From positions 1 to 63,704 of the IMG/VR virus record IMGVR_UViG_3300025829_000001: 63,704 nt of DNA. One strand, 5' to 3'. Both the position numbers and the translations under genes were made by a program. The notes beneath the pieces were generated by a model that made no database searches, was not told the DNA's origin, and saw only the letters and a list, made by a program, of their open reading frames with translations. This DNA comes from a virus (lineage: Duplodnaviria; Caudoviricetes). Shown piece after piece: positions 27,338 to 36,503 of this stretch (within the stretch, counting starts at the first letter, position 1; every line of letters starts with the position of its first letter).

Positions 27338-27622
27338 ATGATAACGATTGAAGGCTGGATTTACGGCCAAAAAGATTGGGACGGTACTTATTGGTACACC
27401 TTTTTTAGTGGTAGTGGGTTTGATATGCCTAGTTACTTCAAAGTTTGTCCTTTCGTCATCAATGCAGAATTACCGGCAAATCACGATAACTATTCCGCAC
27501 AGCTTGAAACTCTGAAAGCCAACAAGCAGCGCGTACTGGCTGAGAATGAAATGCGCGAGCAAAAGGCCGAGGAGTTTATTCAGCAGCACCTAGCGATAGA
27601 AAACAAGATGGAGGCTGCATGA
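27338..27622 (+). CDS. Hypothetical protein
   Basis: AAGGAG RBS before ATG 27338; C-terminal coiled coil. Confidence 0.65.
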   Translation: MITIEGWIYGQKDWDGTYWYTFFSGSGFDMPSYFKVCPFVINAELPANHDNYSAQLETLKANKQRVLAENEMREQKAEEFIQQHLAIENKMEAA

Positions 27623-27816
27623 GTACTGTATCTAAAGAAATTGCTGATCGCATTATTGCTGGCGAATATCCAACAGATCATGCAGTAAAGATTGTTGAAT
27701 ATGACAATAACTGGAATGGCGTTGGCTACGGCGTGATATTCCGTGGAGGGGATCCGGATACCTATGAAGAAAGTGATTTTGTCCACAACCCTCGCGTGTA
27801 TTGGATTGCGCCATGA
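27619..27816 (+). CDS. Hypothetical protein
   Basis: GGAGG RBS; ATGA overlaps with neighbours. Confidence 0.65.
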   Translation: MSTVSKEIADRIIAGEYPTDHAVKIVEYDNNWNGVGYGVIFRGGDPDTYEESDFVHNPRVYWIAP

Positions 27817-28034
27817 ACAAGCCACTCATAGAACGTTCCGGAGACCGGCGCAAGCTCTGCGAAATCCCCGATGTAGCCGCGTTCAGGATTAAACAACTTG
27901 AGCGCCAGCGGGATGAGCTTCTGGCAGCTTTGAGAGAGGCAATGGGATGGAATTGGCTGGATGATGATATGCCAGCAGATGTTAGTGGAGAGTTTGAATC
28001 ACTCATCGCCAGAATCGAGGCCGGCCATGATTGA
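27813..28034 (+). CDS. Hypothetical coiled-coil protein
   Basis: QRDELLAAL motif, common in small phage proteins. Confidence 0.6.
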   Translation: MNKPLIERSGDRRKLCEIPDVAAFRIKQLERQRDELLAALREAMGWNWLDDDMPADVSGEFESLIARIEAGHD

Positions 28035-28274
28035 CTACAAACCAAAATCTCAGTACCAGCCCGGATATTTGGCTGGGGTCATTATCGGAGCGCTCTTTGT
28101 TGCCGCGCTATGGTTCTTCGTCTCTGCGAAAGGATTCTAAATGTTAAACACCACACAAGTACAAGCCCTTATCGCACAGCACGAACAGAATCTACTGGTC
28201 GAGAAGTACGCCCGTATCGTTGCTTATTTCCAAAGGTATCCGCTGCGTCCGGTAATCAGGCGGGCGAAGGCAAA

Positions 28275-29282
28275 ATGATCCGCGTTCTCATTCCCGACAT
28301 GCCCAACCACGTCGACCTGCTGCCCTACCTGCGACGCATGGACGAGAGCCGGGTCTACGTCAACCATGGGCCGCTGGTGCAGGAGCTGGAAGCACGGTTG
28401 GAACAGATCACCGGCGTGCCCTGCGTCACGGTTTCGAGCGGCACAATCGCGTTGGAGCTGGCGCTTCAGGCGACAGAGGAGAATATGGTCTATGTGCCAG
28501 CGCTTACCTTTAGCGCTACAGGGTTGGCTGCGCAACGCCTTGGTTATGGTGTTGTGCTGTTTGACGTAAACTCTGATACCTGGCAACTTAAGCCGGGCGA
28601 CATTCGCTTGAGCGATTGGAACAGGGGCGTGGTCATGCCTGTCGCTGCTTTTGGTTGTCCAGTGGACATCGACCAGTGGGAAGGATTCGGATTTGAGATG
28701 CCGGTCATCATCGACGCCGCCGGAGCCTTCCCAGCGCAGTCTGTCAGCAAGGATCCGAACATCACCACGTGCTTCTCGCTGCATGCGACCAAGTTCATCG
28801 GCTGCGGCGAGGGAGGCTTTGTGGCCAGCAACAACCCGGAGCTTATCGCCAAGGTGCGCGACCTGTCCATGTTCGGCGAAGACGGCACCAATGCCAAAAT
28901 GAGCGAGTATCACGCGGCTGTCGCGCTGGCTAGTCTGGATCGGATGGGCGAAAAGCATAAACGAACGCATCATGTTGCACAATGGTACAGGGACAGCTTA
29001 GATAGTTGGGCAGATGTTTCTTGTCAGTCAACCATGCTGAATATCCTGCTGCCGCTGCCAGCTGCCGAAGTAATCCCAAAGATGTTAGCAGCTGGCATCG
29101 AAACCAAGCAATGGTATCGCCCGTACCTGGACGAACGTACTGAGTTTGGTGCGTATCAGTATGGACGCTTACCCGTAACCGATCACCTGCGCACCCATCT
29201 CTTGGGCTTGCCGTTCCATAATTTCTTGACGCAGCAAGACGTCACGCATGTCTGCGATACCTTGAGGAGCATTTTGAAATGA
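28275..29282 (+). CDS. DegT/DnrJ/EryC1/StrS sugar aminotransferase, VioA-like
   Basis: YVNHGP, SSGTIAL, IDAAGA, SLHATK..GEGG (PLP lysine) and NAKMSE motifs. Confidence 0.93.
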   Translation: MIRVLIPDMPNHVDLLPYLRRMDESRVYVNHGPLVQELEARLEQITGVPCVTVSSGTIALELALQATEENMVYVPALTFSATGLAAQRLGYGVVLFDVNSDTWQLKPGDIRLSDWNRGVVMPVAAFGCPVDIDQWEGFGFEMPVIIDAAGAFPAQSVSKDPNITTCFSLHATKFIGCGEGGFVASNNPELIAKVRDLSMFGEDGTNAKMSEYHAAVALASLDRMGEKHKRTHHVAQWYRDSLDSWADVSCQSTMLNILLPLPAAEVIPKMLAAGIETKQWYRPYLDERTEFGAYQYGRLPVTDHLRTHLLGLPFHNFLTQQDVTHVCDTLRSILK

Positions 29283-29451
29283 ATAACGCGATGCGGGAAG
29301 CGTTTAATAAAAGGTGGAAAAGGAATGTTGAGGTTCCAAAACTTCCTTGTGACGAGCCGATTTTGAATAAAATGAAAGTTGAATTCGAAGCTGGCTGGCA
29401 AGCAGCCCTAGCATATCAATCCGATCGGGCTGAGTTAAATCGGAGTAAACT

Positions 29452-30468
29452 TTGAAACTCCTCGTGACCGGCTGCTGCGGCTTCATCGGCAGCCACTTCG
29501 TAAAGCACGCCATCAAGCTTGGACATGAGGTGATCGGGATTGATTTATTGACCTATGCCGGACGAAGTAAAAACATACCCGAACTTAATCGAGGCTTGCT
29601 GGATGGCGGTCGGCTGTTGGTAGGAGATATATGCGACGCAGAATTTGTGCATGCTGTAGTGGACTGGCATCAGCCAGACGCCGTAATCCATCTCGCTGCT
29701 GAATCGCACGTCGCCCGCAGTATCGAAAGTCGCGACGAGTTCCTGCGCACCAACGTCATGGGCACCAACACGCTGCTGGAAGCGTGCTTAAAATACTGGC
29801 GTGGTGGCATACCGCTGGAAATAGGCGGTGAGTTTCCTGTAGTCAGCCAGTTCCGTTTCCTTTACGTCTCCACCGATGAGGTCTACGGCTCGTTGCAACC
29901 GAACGAACCGCCTTGGACGGAGCTATCACCCTACGCCCCGAACAACGCCTACGCCGCCAGCAAGGCCGCTGGCGATCACCTCGTGCGTGCCTATCACAAG
30001 ACCTACGGCCTGCCGACCATCATCACCCACAGCGCCAACAACTACGGCACCCGGCAGCACCCCGAGAAACTGATCCCAACATTGATCCGGCAACTGATGC
30101 ATAATGAATCAATGACGCTGCATGGCGACGGCATGAACATCCGCGATTGGCTGCATGTCTCTGACCACTGCCGTGGGTTGATGGCCGCGTTGACCTACGG
30201 CCGTCCAGGCACGGTTTACAATTTTGGCGGGGAGTGCGAGCGCACCAACCTGCGGATTGCCACGACAATAGCCCGCGTTATGAGTAAATCGGCAAATATC
30301 GAGATGATGCTCGACCGCGCCGGTAACGATGCCCGCTACGCCACCAACAACAGCCATGTGCGGCAAGCGCTAGGTTGGGAGCCTGGGCCATCCATCGAGC
30401 ATCGCATCGCGGATGTCGTGCAGTGGTACATCAATAATCCGGATTATGGAGATGAGTATGGCAGCTAA
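29452..30468 (+). CDS. rmlB: dTDP-glucose 4,6-dehydratase
   Basis: VTGCCGFIGS, AAESHV, STDEVYG, YAASK, HPEKLIP and RDWLHV motifs. Confidence 0.95.
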   Translation: MKLLVTGCCGFIGSHFVKHAIKLGHEVIGIDLLTYAGRSKNIPELNRGLLDGGRLLVGDICDAEFVHAVVDWHQPDAVIHLAAESHVARSIESRDEFLRTNVMGTNTLLEACLKYWRGGIPLEIGGEFPVVSQFRFLYVSTDEVYGSLQPNEPPWTELSPYAPNNAYAASKAAGDHLVRAYHKTYGLPTIITHSANNYGTRQHPEKLIPTLIRQLMHNESMTLHGDGMNIRDWLHVSDHCRGLMAALTYGRPGTVYNFGGECERTNLRIATTIARVMSKSANIEMMLDRAGNDARYATNNSHVRQALGWEPGPSIEHRIADVVQWYINNPDYGDEYGS

Positions 30469-30763
30469 ATATCGTAAAAAACCAATTGTAATTGAAGCAT
30501 ATAAATTCAATCCGGCTGAAAAGGCTGAATATATCATCATTTTGGAGCATGCAGATGGCGGCACTGGAATTGACAATAAATGGGGGATAGCAACTCTTGA
30601 AGGTTTGATGGAGGTCAGATTGGGTGATTGGGTGATTACTGGTGTTAAGGGTGAGCACTATCCTTGCAAGTCTGATATTTTCGAGATGACATATGAGTTG
30701 GCAGCTGAATCGAATCCGCCTCCCCCGCCAGATACAGGCGGCATCACGAAGAAAGGGTTGTGA
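30458..30763 (+). CDS. Small phage protein (KYRKKP..IEA family)
   Basis: KYRKKPIVIEA, TLEG.M and GEHYPCK.DIF motifs. Confidence 0.8.
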   Translation: MAAKYRKKPIVIEAYKFNPAEKAEYIIILEHADGGTGIDNKWGIATLEGLMEVRLGDWVITGVKGEHYPCKSDIFEMTYELAAESNPPPPPDTGGITKKGL

Positions 30764-32595
30764 TGAAGAAAAAACCACATCCAGTAACGCAAATCACAAA
30801 CGTGCAGCTCGAGACCTTCGAGAAGGCAGTCTATTCGCACGACTATGAGGAAGCTAGCCGGTTGCTGCTGGATAGTCTGCGTAAGCTGCGGGCTGGCGCA
30901 GAATTTATCGGCTATCCCGTTGATCCAAACACCAAAGCAATCCTCTATACCCGCTTCTGTGCCGCGATGTTCGCGTTGCTGGCTGATCCAGATTACCGTT
31001 TGTCGATAGAGGGCTACAGTGCGCTGGCGGCGGAGCACGCCATCATTGACCTGCTGTTTCGCTGCTCGGCGTTCGGCAACAGTGACCACATGATGCCGCA
31101 GATGAGCGCTGATCCGACTGAGAAGGATCAGACCAAGATCAAGTTCAAGGACAGTGCTGGGTTGGCCAAGTACATGCTGACCTACTCCATGCGTTCGGGT
31201 TTCCTGATGAACTTTGAGGAAGCTTTCAAGAAAAGCCCGCAGGTGATGTTCCCGCTGTACGTGGGTTTCTTGACCAGCATGGTGGCGTTGTCGCAGACCG
31301 CGCACGACCGGCGCGAGTTGCTGCTCGGCATGGCGCATGTGTTTAAAGACATCTCACTCACTGATCAGCTCATCTCCTCCATGTCGGATGCTTACATGTA
31401 CTGCTCCTACGGGCAACGCCCAGACAAGCATGATTTCAAAGGGTTGGTGCATGACCTCTATTCAAAGATGATGCATGCTAACGGGTTCACCGTTCCGAAG
31501 TTTGCCAAACGGACAAAAGGTAAGCCTGTGATCCTGGTGCCGGTTGAATGGTTCACGTCGTTGCATGCGATGTATCGCTGCTACGCACCGGTCATCCGGC
31601 AGCTCCGCACCAAGTTCAAGGTCATCGGGATGGGACGCCCGCACGCTATTGACAAGGATTCCAAGAAGGAGTTCGACGGTTGGATTGAGGTGCCCGAAGA
31701 GAACATCGCCTTGAGCACGCTGGTCGAACAGATCAAGCAGGTGAAGCCCGACATTATCTATTACCCCTCGCTGGGCATGGACTTGATCTGGGTAGCACTG
31801 GCCTCAGTGCGCCTGGCACCGATTCAGATGATGACGCTGGGGCACCCTGCTTCCAGCCATTCCATGGAGATTGATTATGTGGTGTGTGAAGAAGGCGACA
31901 TTGGCGATGTATCACTATTCACGGAACAAATTATTGCGTTGCCACACGGCGCATTATTCCGCTTCGTCATGCGCCTGGATGCGGATCTACCCGAACCAAC
32001 CGTTCAGGAGAATCCAGAAGTCATCAAAATCGCCATACCCGCGATGGTGCTTAAGCTCAACGCCACGTTCCTTGCGACCCTTAAAGAGATTCAGGAAAAA
32101 TCACAACGTCCGGTGGAGTTTCACTTCTGGCCGAACATGATCACCACCGTGCTGCTGCAAACCGCTCGTGAAATCCGCGAATACTTGCCAGGAGCCTTTA
32201 CCTATGAACGTAACCAGTATAACGATTACATCCGCCAGGTGCAGAAGTGCCACATTCAGCTCGGCACATTCCCGTTCGGCGGCACCAACAGCAACGTGGA
32301 CGCTATGCTGCTCGGTATGCCGATGGTGGTGATGGAAGGCGCGGAGCCGCATGCCACCTGCGACGCCAAGATGCTGCGCCGTGCGGGCATGCCGGAATGG
32401 CTGATCGCGCATGACCGCGATGAATACGTCGAGGCTGCCGTGCGGCTGATTGAGAACGATGACGAGCGGGTATGTTTGAGTCATTACCTGATCGATGAGG
32501 CCGACATCAAGGGCAAGTTCCTGAGTGCTCCGCCGGACGCGTTGAAGACCGCTTTTGTTGATGCTGTGTGGAAGCTGTATGAGGAGGCACGATGA
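30760..32595 (+). CDS. HMW1C/NGT-like cytoplasmic protein N-glycosyltransferase (GT41)
   Basis: About 611 aa with no TPR repeats. Motifs DAYMYCSY, HAMYR, YPSLGMD, RLAPIQ..LGHPA, LKLN and FPFGGTN match in order the conserved segments of Pasteurellaceae HMW1C/NGT. Confidence 0.9.
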   Translation: MMKKKPHPVTQITNVQLETFEKAVYSHDYEEASRLLLDSLRKLRAGAEFIGYPVDPNTKAILYTRFCAAMFALLADPDYRLSIEGYSALAAEHAIIDLLFRCSAFGNSDHMMPQMSADPTEKDQTKIKFKDSAGLAKYMLTYSMRSGFLMNFEEAFKKSPQVMFPLYVGFLTSMVALSQTAHDRRELLLGMAHVFKDISLTDQLISSMSDAYMYCSYGQRPDKHDFKGLVHDLYSKMMHANGFTVPKFAKRTKGKPVILVPVEWFTSLHAMYRCYAPVIRQLRTKFKVIGMGRPHAIDKDSKKEFDGWIEVPEENIALSTLVEQIKQVKPDIIYYPSLGMDLIWVALASVRLAPIQMMTLGHPASSHSMEIDYVVCEEGDIGDVSLFTEQIIALPHGALFRFVMRLDADLPEPTVQENPEVIKIAIPAMVLKLNATFLATLKEIQEKSQRPVEFHFWPNMITTVLLQTAREIREYLPGAFTYERNQYNDYIRQVQKCHIQLGTFPFGGTNSNVDAMLLGMPMVVMEGAEPHATCDAKMLRRAGMPEWLIAHDRDEYVEAAVRLIENDDERVCLSHYLIDEADIKGKFLSAPPDALKTAFVDAVWKLYEEAR

Positions 32596-32695
32596 AAAGA
32601 ATAAACCAATTGATACGGGATTCGGTTCGTATGTACTTTGCTCCGCTTGTTGAAACATTCAAAGCGTTACGCAAATGGATCAGCAGGAGTTGGAA

Positions 32696-33370
32696 ATGAG
32701 TAAGCCACTCATCATCTTCGGCACGGGCAGCATGGCACGGGTACTGCATTCTTTCGTGCGGCACCAATACAAGGTAGTTGCGTTTTGTTGCGATGATGAT
32801 TTTCTCGCGGATCAGTTCGCTGTTCCTGATATACCACAAATTCAGCACAGCACTCTAGTTTGGAAGTATAAACCAAAGGACCACTGCATGGCAATTGCCT
32901 GCGGTTATCACCAGATGAACCGCATACGTCAAGCGCGGTTCGAAGAATTTAAAAATGCAGGGTACGAGATGGTGGGCTACGTCAATTGTGTGATCTTTCC
33001 GCATCTCGGAATAGCCCTCGGAGTCGGAGTCGTGATCTACGACGGCGTCGCGCTTCACGCCGGAGCATCTGTCCGGGACAACGCGTTCATCAGCAGCAAT
33101 GTCTCTGTCGGGCATGACTGCGTGATCGGTGCGCATGCCTGGATCAATTCCGGCGTTACGTTGGGTGGTAACGTATGGGTTGGAGAACGGTGCGTCCTGG
33201 GGATGAACGCCACAATCGCGCAAGGCGTCAAACTTGGTGAAGCGACCTTCGTCGGGGCGAATACCTTGGTGACGCACGACACCTTGCCGAACAGCGTGAT
33301 TGTTTCCGAGCATGGACAGGTGATCGATATGGATAGCGAACGCTTTTTGAAGTTAACGGGGCAGCCATGA
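32696..33370 (+). CDS. Left-handed beta-helix sugar N/O-acyltransferase (NeuD/PglD/VioB-like)
   Basis: N-terminal IIFGTG Rossmann-like domain, hexapeptide repeats and VGHDC. Confidence 0.9.
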   Translation: MSKPLIIFGTGSMARVLHSFVRHQYKVVAFCCDDDFLADQFAVPDIPQIQHSTLVWKYKPKDHCMAIACGYHQMNRIRQARFEEFKNAGYEMVGYVNCVIFPHLGIALGVGVVIYDGVALHAGASVRDNAFISSNVSVGHDCVIGAHAWINSGVTLGGNVWVGERCVLGMNATIAQGVKLGEATFVGANTLVTHDTLPNSVIVSEHGQVIDMDSERFLKLTGQP

Positions 33371-33645
33371 ACGAAGAGCTAAATATTGGTGATTTGGTAG
33401 TTGTGGTGAAGAACATATCTAAATTCAATAAGCGGTATGACTGTTACATCGGATTGATAGATACGGTGCAGGCTAAACTAGGCAGACAAATCTGCTGGGA
33501 TGGTCCTAGAAGGCGGACACTAGGTGCTGTTTACATACTAGTTTCTGTGTCTAACGATCTCTGTTTTGCGCGTGAAGAGCTGAAAAAGATTAAGCCCCTA
33601 AAAGAAAAACAAGAACAAACTACCGAACTTTTGGAGGTTGCATGA
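33367..33645 (+). CDS. Small hypothetical protein inside the sugar operon
   Basis: ATGA overlap with the upstream gene; AT-rich. Confidence 0.6.
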   Translation: MNEELNIGDLVVVVKNISKFNKRYDCYIGLIDTVQAKLGRQICWDGPRRRTLGAVYILVSVSNDLCFAREELKKIKPLKEKQEQTTELLEVA

Positions 33646-33769
33646 AAAAAGGAATGTGCGCACACTGGACACCACAGGGTTGCGCCCCTGCTGTGCTGTT
33701 CAGAGGGACGACGAAATTCTGGTTGTTCCATTCGGTCACGTGGCCGATACGGAAGATTATGGGACGGTT

Positions 33770-35155
33770 ATGAAAACCATCAGCGAATTGTTCTTTGAGC
33801 AAGCGCAGCGTCAGCCGCACAAAATCGCGCTGATCCTGGGTACCCGCACCATAACCTACGCTGGGTTGCTGGTGATGGTGGAGCAGCAGCGCGTCATCCT
33901 GCGTACGATCGGCTTTACGCGAGGCGATCACCTATTGACACAGCTCAAGAATGACATCGACTTCATCGTTATCCTGCTGGCTGCGGCTGACGCGGGACTG
34001 ACGGTGGTGCCCTTGAATCCTGCCATGCCCCGCGCTGCGGTAGAGAATATGGCGATAGCTACCGACAGCACCTATCTCATCAGCGAAGGGTTCGAGGAAA
34101 ACTCCCCGCGCTCCGGATTGAAATTTACCGGACAGCCAGATGACCTCTTCCTGCTGATCACCACCAGCGGCTCGACAGGCGATCCAAAGCCGATCATGCT
34201 GAAGCAAGCGACGAAACTGCGGAGGGTTATCGCGCTGATTGAACTGTACGAGATCACCGAGGACGATATAACGCTAATCAGCACGCCGATGTACCACTCG
34301 ATGGGCATGCGCGTCGCGCTGGCGAGCCTACTGACCGGAGGCACCTTGGTGCTGATGAAAGGGTGGTCAGTTGGCGAATGGATCCGCTTGGTGGCGCAGC
34401 ATCGAGTGACCTTTGCTGTTCCTGTGGCTTCGCAGATCAAGCAAATCGCGCTATCTACTTTGACCATAAAATACAACCTAGTTTCATTACGCTGTTTGGT
34501 ATTTTCATCGGCAGCATTGGAAGCTAACATCAAGCAATTTATGCGGGCACAGATAGGTTGCCCCCTCCACGAATGCTATGGCACCACGGAGGTCGCGATC
34601 GTGACTAGCGGTAGTTCAGACCATGCTGATTATGGTGTTGCCCCTGCCGCTTCTTGTGGGCTTTCAACCCTTGGCGTTGGCGTTGCCACAAATGACGAAG
34701 GCGAAATTCTGGTCTCTACATATTTGCTTTTTGACGGTTACTACAATCTACCAGAGTTGACTGCTGCTACTATGGAATACGGATTTTTCAAAACAGGAGA
34801 TCTTGGTCGGCTAGACCACCTTGGAAACTTATTCTATCTCGGGCGCATCAAGGAACTGATCAACGTTGGCGGCACCAAGGTCTATCCGCTGGACGTCGAG
34901 GCCGTGCTGAATCAGCACCCGGACATCGAGGAGTGTGCTGCCTTCCCGCAGGTAGACGAAACGCTGGGCGAGGCGGTCGCGATAGCGGTGGTCGCCAAGG
35001 AGGGGTTGCTGTTGGACCTGCGTAGTCTTCAGAAGTTCTGCCTGCCGCACCTGACTGACGAGCAACTACCCCGCGCCATGCATCAGGTGCTGGCGCTGCC
35101 TAAGACGGATTCGGGAAAGCTTCAACGCGTTAAACTACAGGAGATGTTTAAATGA
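33770..35155 (+). CDS. ANL-superfamily adenylating enzyme (acyl-CoA / acyl-ACP ligase)
   Basis: TTSGSTGDPK, YGTTE, FKTGDLG, GR.KELI and PKT.SGK motifs. Confidence 0.93.
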   Translation: MKTISELFFEQAQRQPHKIALILGTRTITYAGLLVMVEQQRVILRTIGFTRGDHLLTQLKNDIDFIVILLAAADAGLTVVPLNPAMPRAAVENMAIATDSTYLISEGFEENSPRSGLKFTGQPDDLFLLITTSGSTGDPKPIMLKQATKLRRVIALIELYEITEDDITLISTPMYHSMGMRVALASLLTGGTLVLMKGWSVGEWIRLVAQHRVTFAVPVASQIKQIALSTLTIKYNLVSLRCLVFSSAALEANIKQFMRAQIGCPLHECYGTTEVAIVTSGSSDHADYGVAPAASCGLSTLGVGVATNDEGEILVSTYLLFDGYYNLPELTAATMEYGFFKTGDLGRLDHLGNLFYLGRIKELINVGGTKVYPLDVEAVLNQHPDIEECAAFPQVDETLGEAVAIAVVAKEGLLLDLRSLQKFCLPHLTDEQLPRAMHQVLALPKTDSGKLQRVKLQEMFK

Positions 35156-36285
35156 CTCCGTTGAAACTCGGCTTCATCGGCGGAGGCATCAACAGCGCCG
35201 TAGGTCGGGCGCACTACTCCGCTTGCCGCATGGATGGCCGGTTCGAGGTGGTGGCTGGGTGCTTTTCGCGAGACAAAGCTAACAACGTCGCAACAGGCAA
35301 GGTGTTTAATGCATACGTTTTTGATAAAGTGGAATGGATGCTTGAAATGCGTAGTTTGATAGATGCAGTTGTCGTACTCACACCTACGCCGTCACACTTT
35401 GAAATTGTCCGCGATTGCCTGATGACTGGCGTCCCTGTGATCTGCGAGAAGGCACTGACTGCAACCTCAAAACAAGCAGCGGATTTGATTGAGTTTCAAT
35501 GGGAAAAACGATATTCTGTTCCGGGTGATACTAGCGCAAGATTTCTCGCCGTGACGTACAACTACACCGGCTACCCGATGGTGCGCGAACTGCGTGATAT
35601 TGTACAGACCGGAGCACTCGGCAAGATCATCAGCATCCAAGCCGAGATGCCGCAGGAAGGCTATCTGCGCATGGACGCTCATCCGCAAAACTGGCGATTA
35701 GAGGATGGTCGGATACCTGGCGTGCACCTTGACCTTGGCACCCATCTGCATCACATGATCTACTTTTTGACGGGGCAGCACCCAAAAGCGGTATTAGCGC
35801 ATCAGCAGAAGAGAAGCGAATTCGGGGTGGTCGATGAGGTGAATTGCCTGGCTGAGTATGAAGGATTCAATGCTAATCTGTGGTTTGGCAAAACGGCTCT
35901 TGGCCATCGCAATGGCCTACGCATCAGGATATACGGCACACAAGGATTAGCAGAGTGGCATCAGATGAACCCGGAGGATTTGCAACGAGCGATGCCTAGT
36001 GGCAATCGCTTTACTGAGGATCGGTCATCAATCGGCGTACGCATCGCCAACCATCAGCGCTACCAACGCTTCAAGGCAGGACACCCCCAAGGCTGGCTAG
36101 AGGCGTTAGCTAATTTATATACTGATCTTGCTGATACGTTAGAACTGCATAAATCTGGCATTAGCATCGTGGAATCGTCTCAGAGAGGAACTATACCTGA
36201 ATTGTACGGCGCCGAAGTCGCTCACGCAGGACTTGTGATGATGGAGAATATGGTTAAATCAGCGAAGGAGCGGAGATGGGTCTGA
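35152..36285 (+). CDS. Gfo/Idh/MocA-family oxidoreductase
   Basis: LGFIGGG, TPTPSH, ICEKAL and DLGTH motifs. Confidence 0.92.
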   Translation: MTPLKLGFIGGGINSAVGRAHYSACRMDGRFEVVAGCFSRDKANNVATGKVFNAYVFDKVEWMLEMRSLIDAVVVLTPTPSHFEIVRDCLMTGVPVICEKALTATSKQAADLIEFQWEKRYSVPGDTSARFLAVTYNYTGYPMVRELRDIVQTGALGKIISIQAEMPQEGYLRMDAHPQNWRLEDGRIPGVHLDLGTHLHHMIYFLTGQHPKAVLAHQQKRSEFGVVDEVNCLAEYEGFNANLWFGKTALGHRNGLRIRIYGTQGLAEWHQMNPEDLQRAMPSGNRFTEDRSSIGVRIANHQRYQRFKAGHPQGWLEALANLYTDLADTLELHKSGISIVESSQRGTIPELYGAEVAHAGLVMMENMVKSAKERRWV

Positions 36286-36503
36286 TCCGCGTCTTCCTGT
36301 TGAGTCGGCTTGGGCTGCCTGATTCTGTGCTAGACAGTTACGACTACCGCGCTGGTGGGGACGTGGACTCCATCGAGTTCGTGCGGTTCATCTTGGAAAT
36401 TGAAAAAGATTTCGGTGTTGCTCTGACTGATGCGGATATCGAGTCGCCTGGAGTCAGCACCATCGGTGGATTGGTTGCTATTATTGAAAGGTTAACAGCA
36501 TGA
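36276..36503 (+). CDS. Acyl carrier protein
   Basis: 75-aa acidic protein with the VDSIEFV phosphopantetheine Ser motif and IEKDFGV. Confidence 0.85.
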   Translation: MGLIRVFLLSRLGLPDSVLDSYDYRAGGDVDSIEFVRFILEIEKDFGVALTDADIESPGVSTIGGLVAIIERLTA

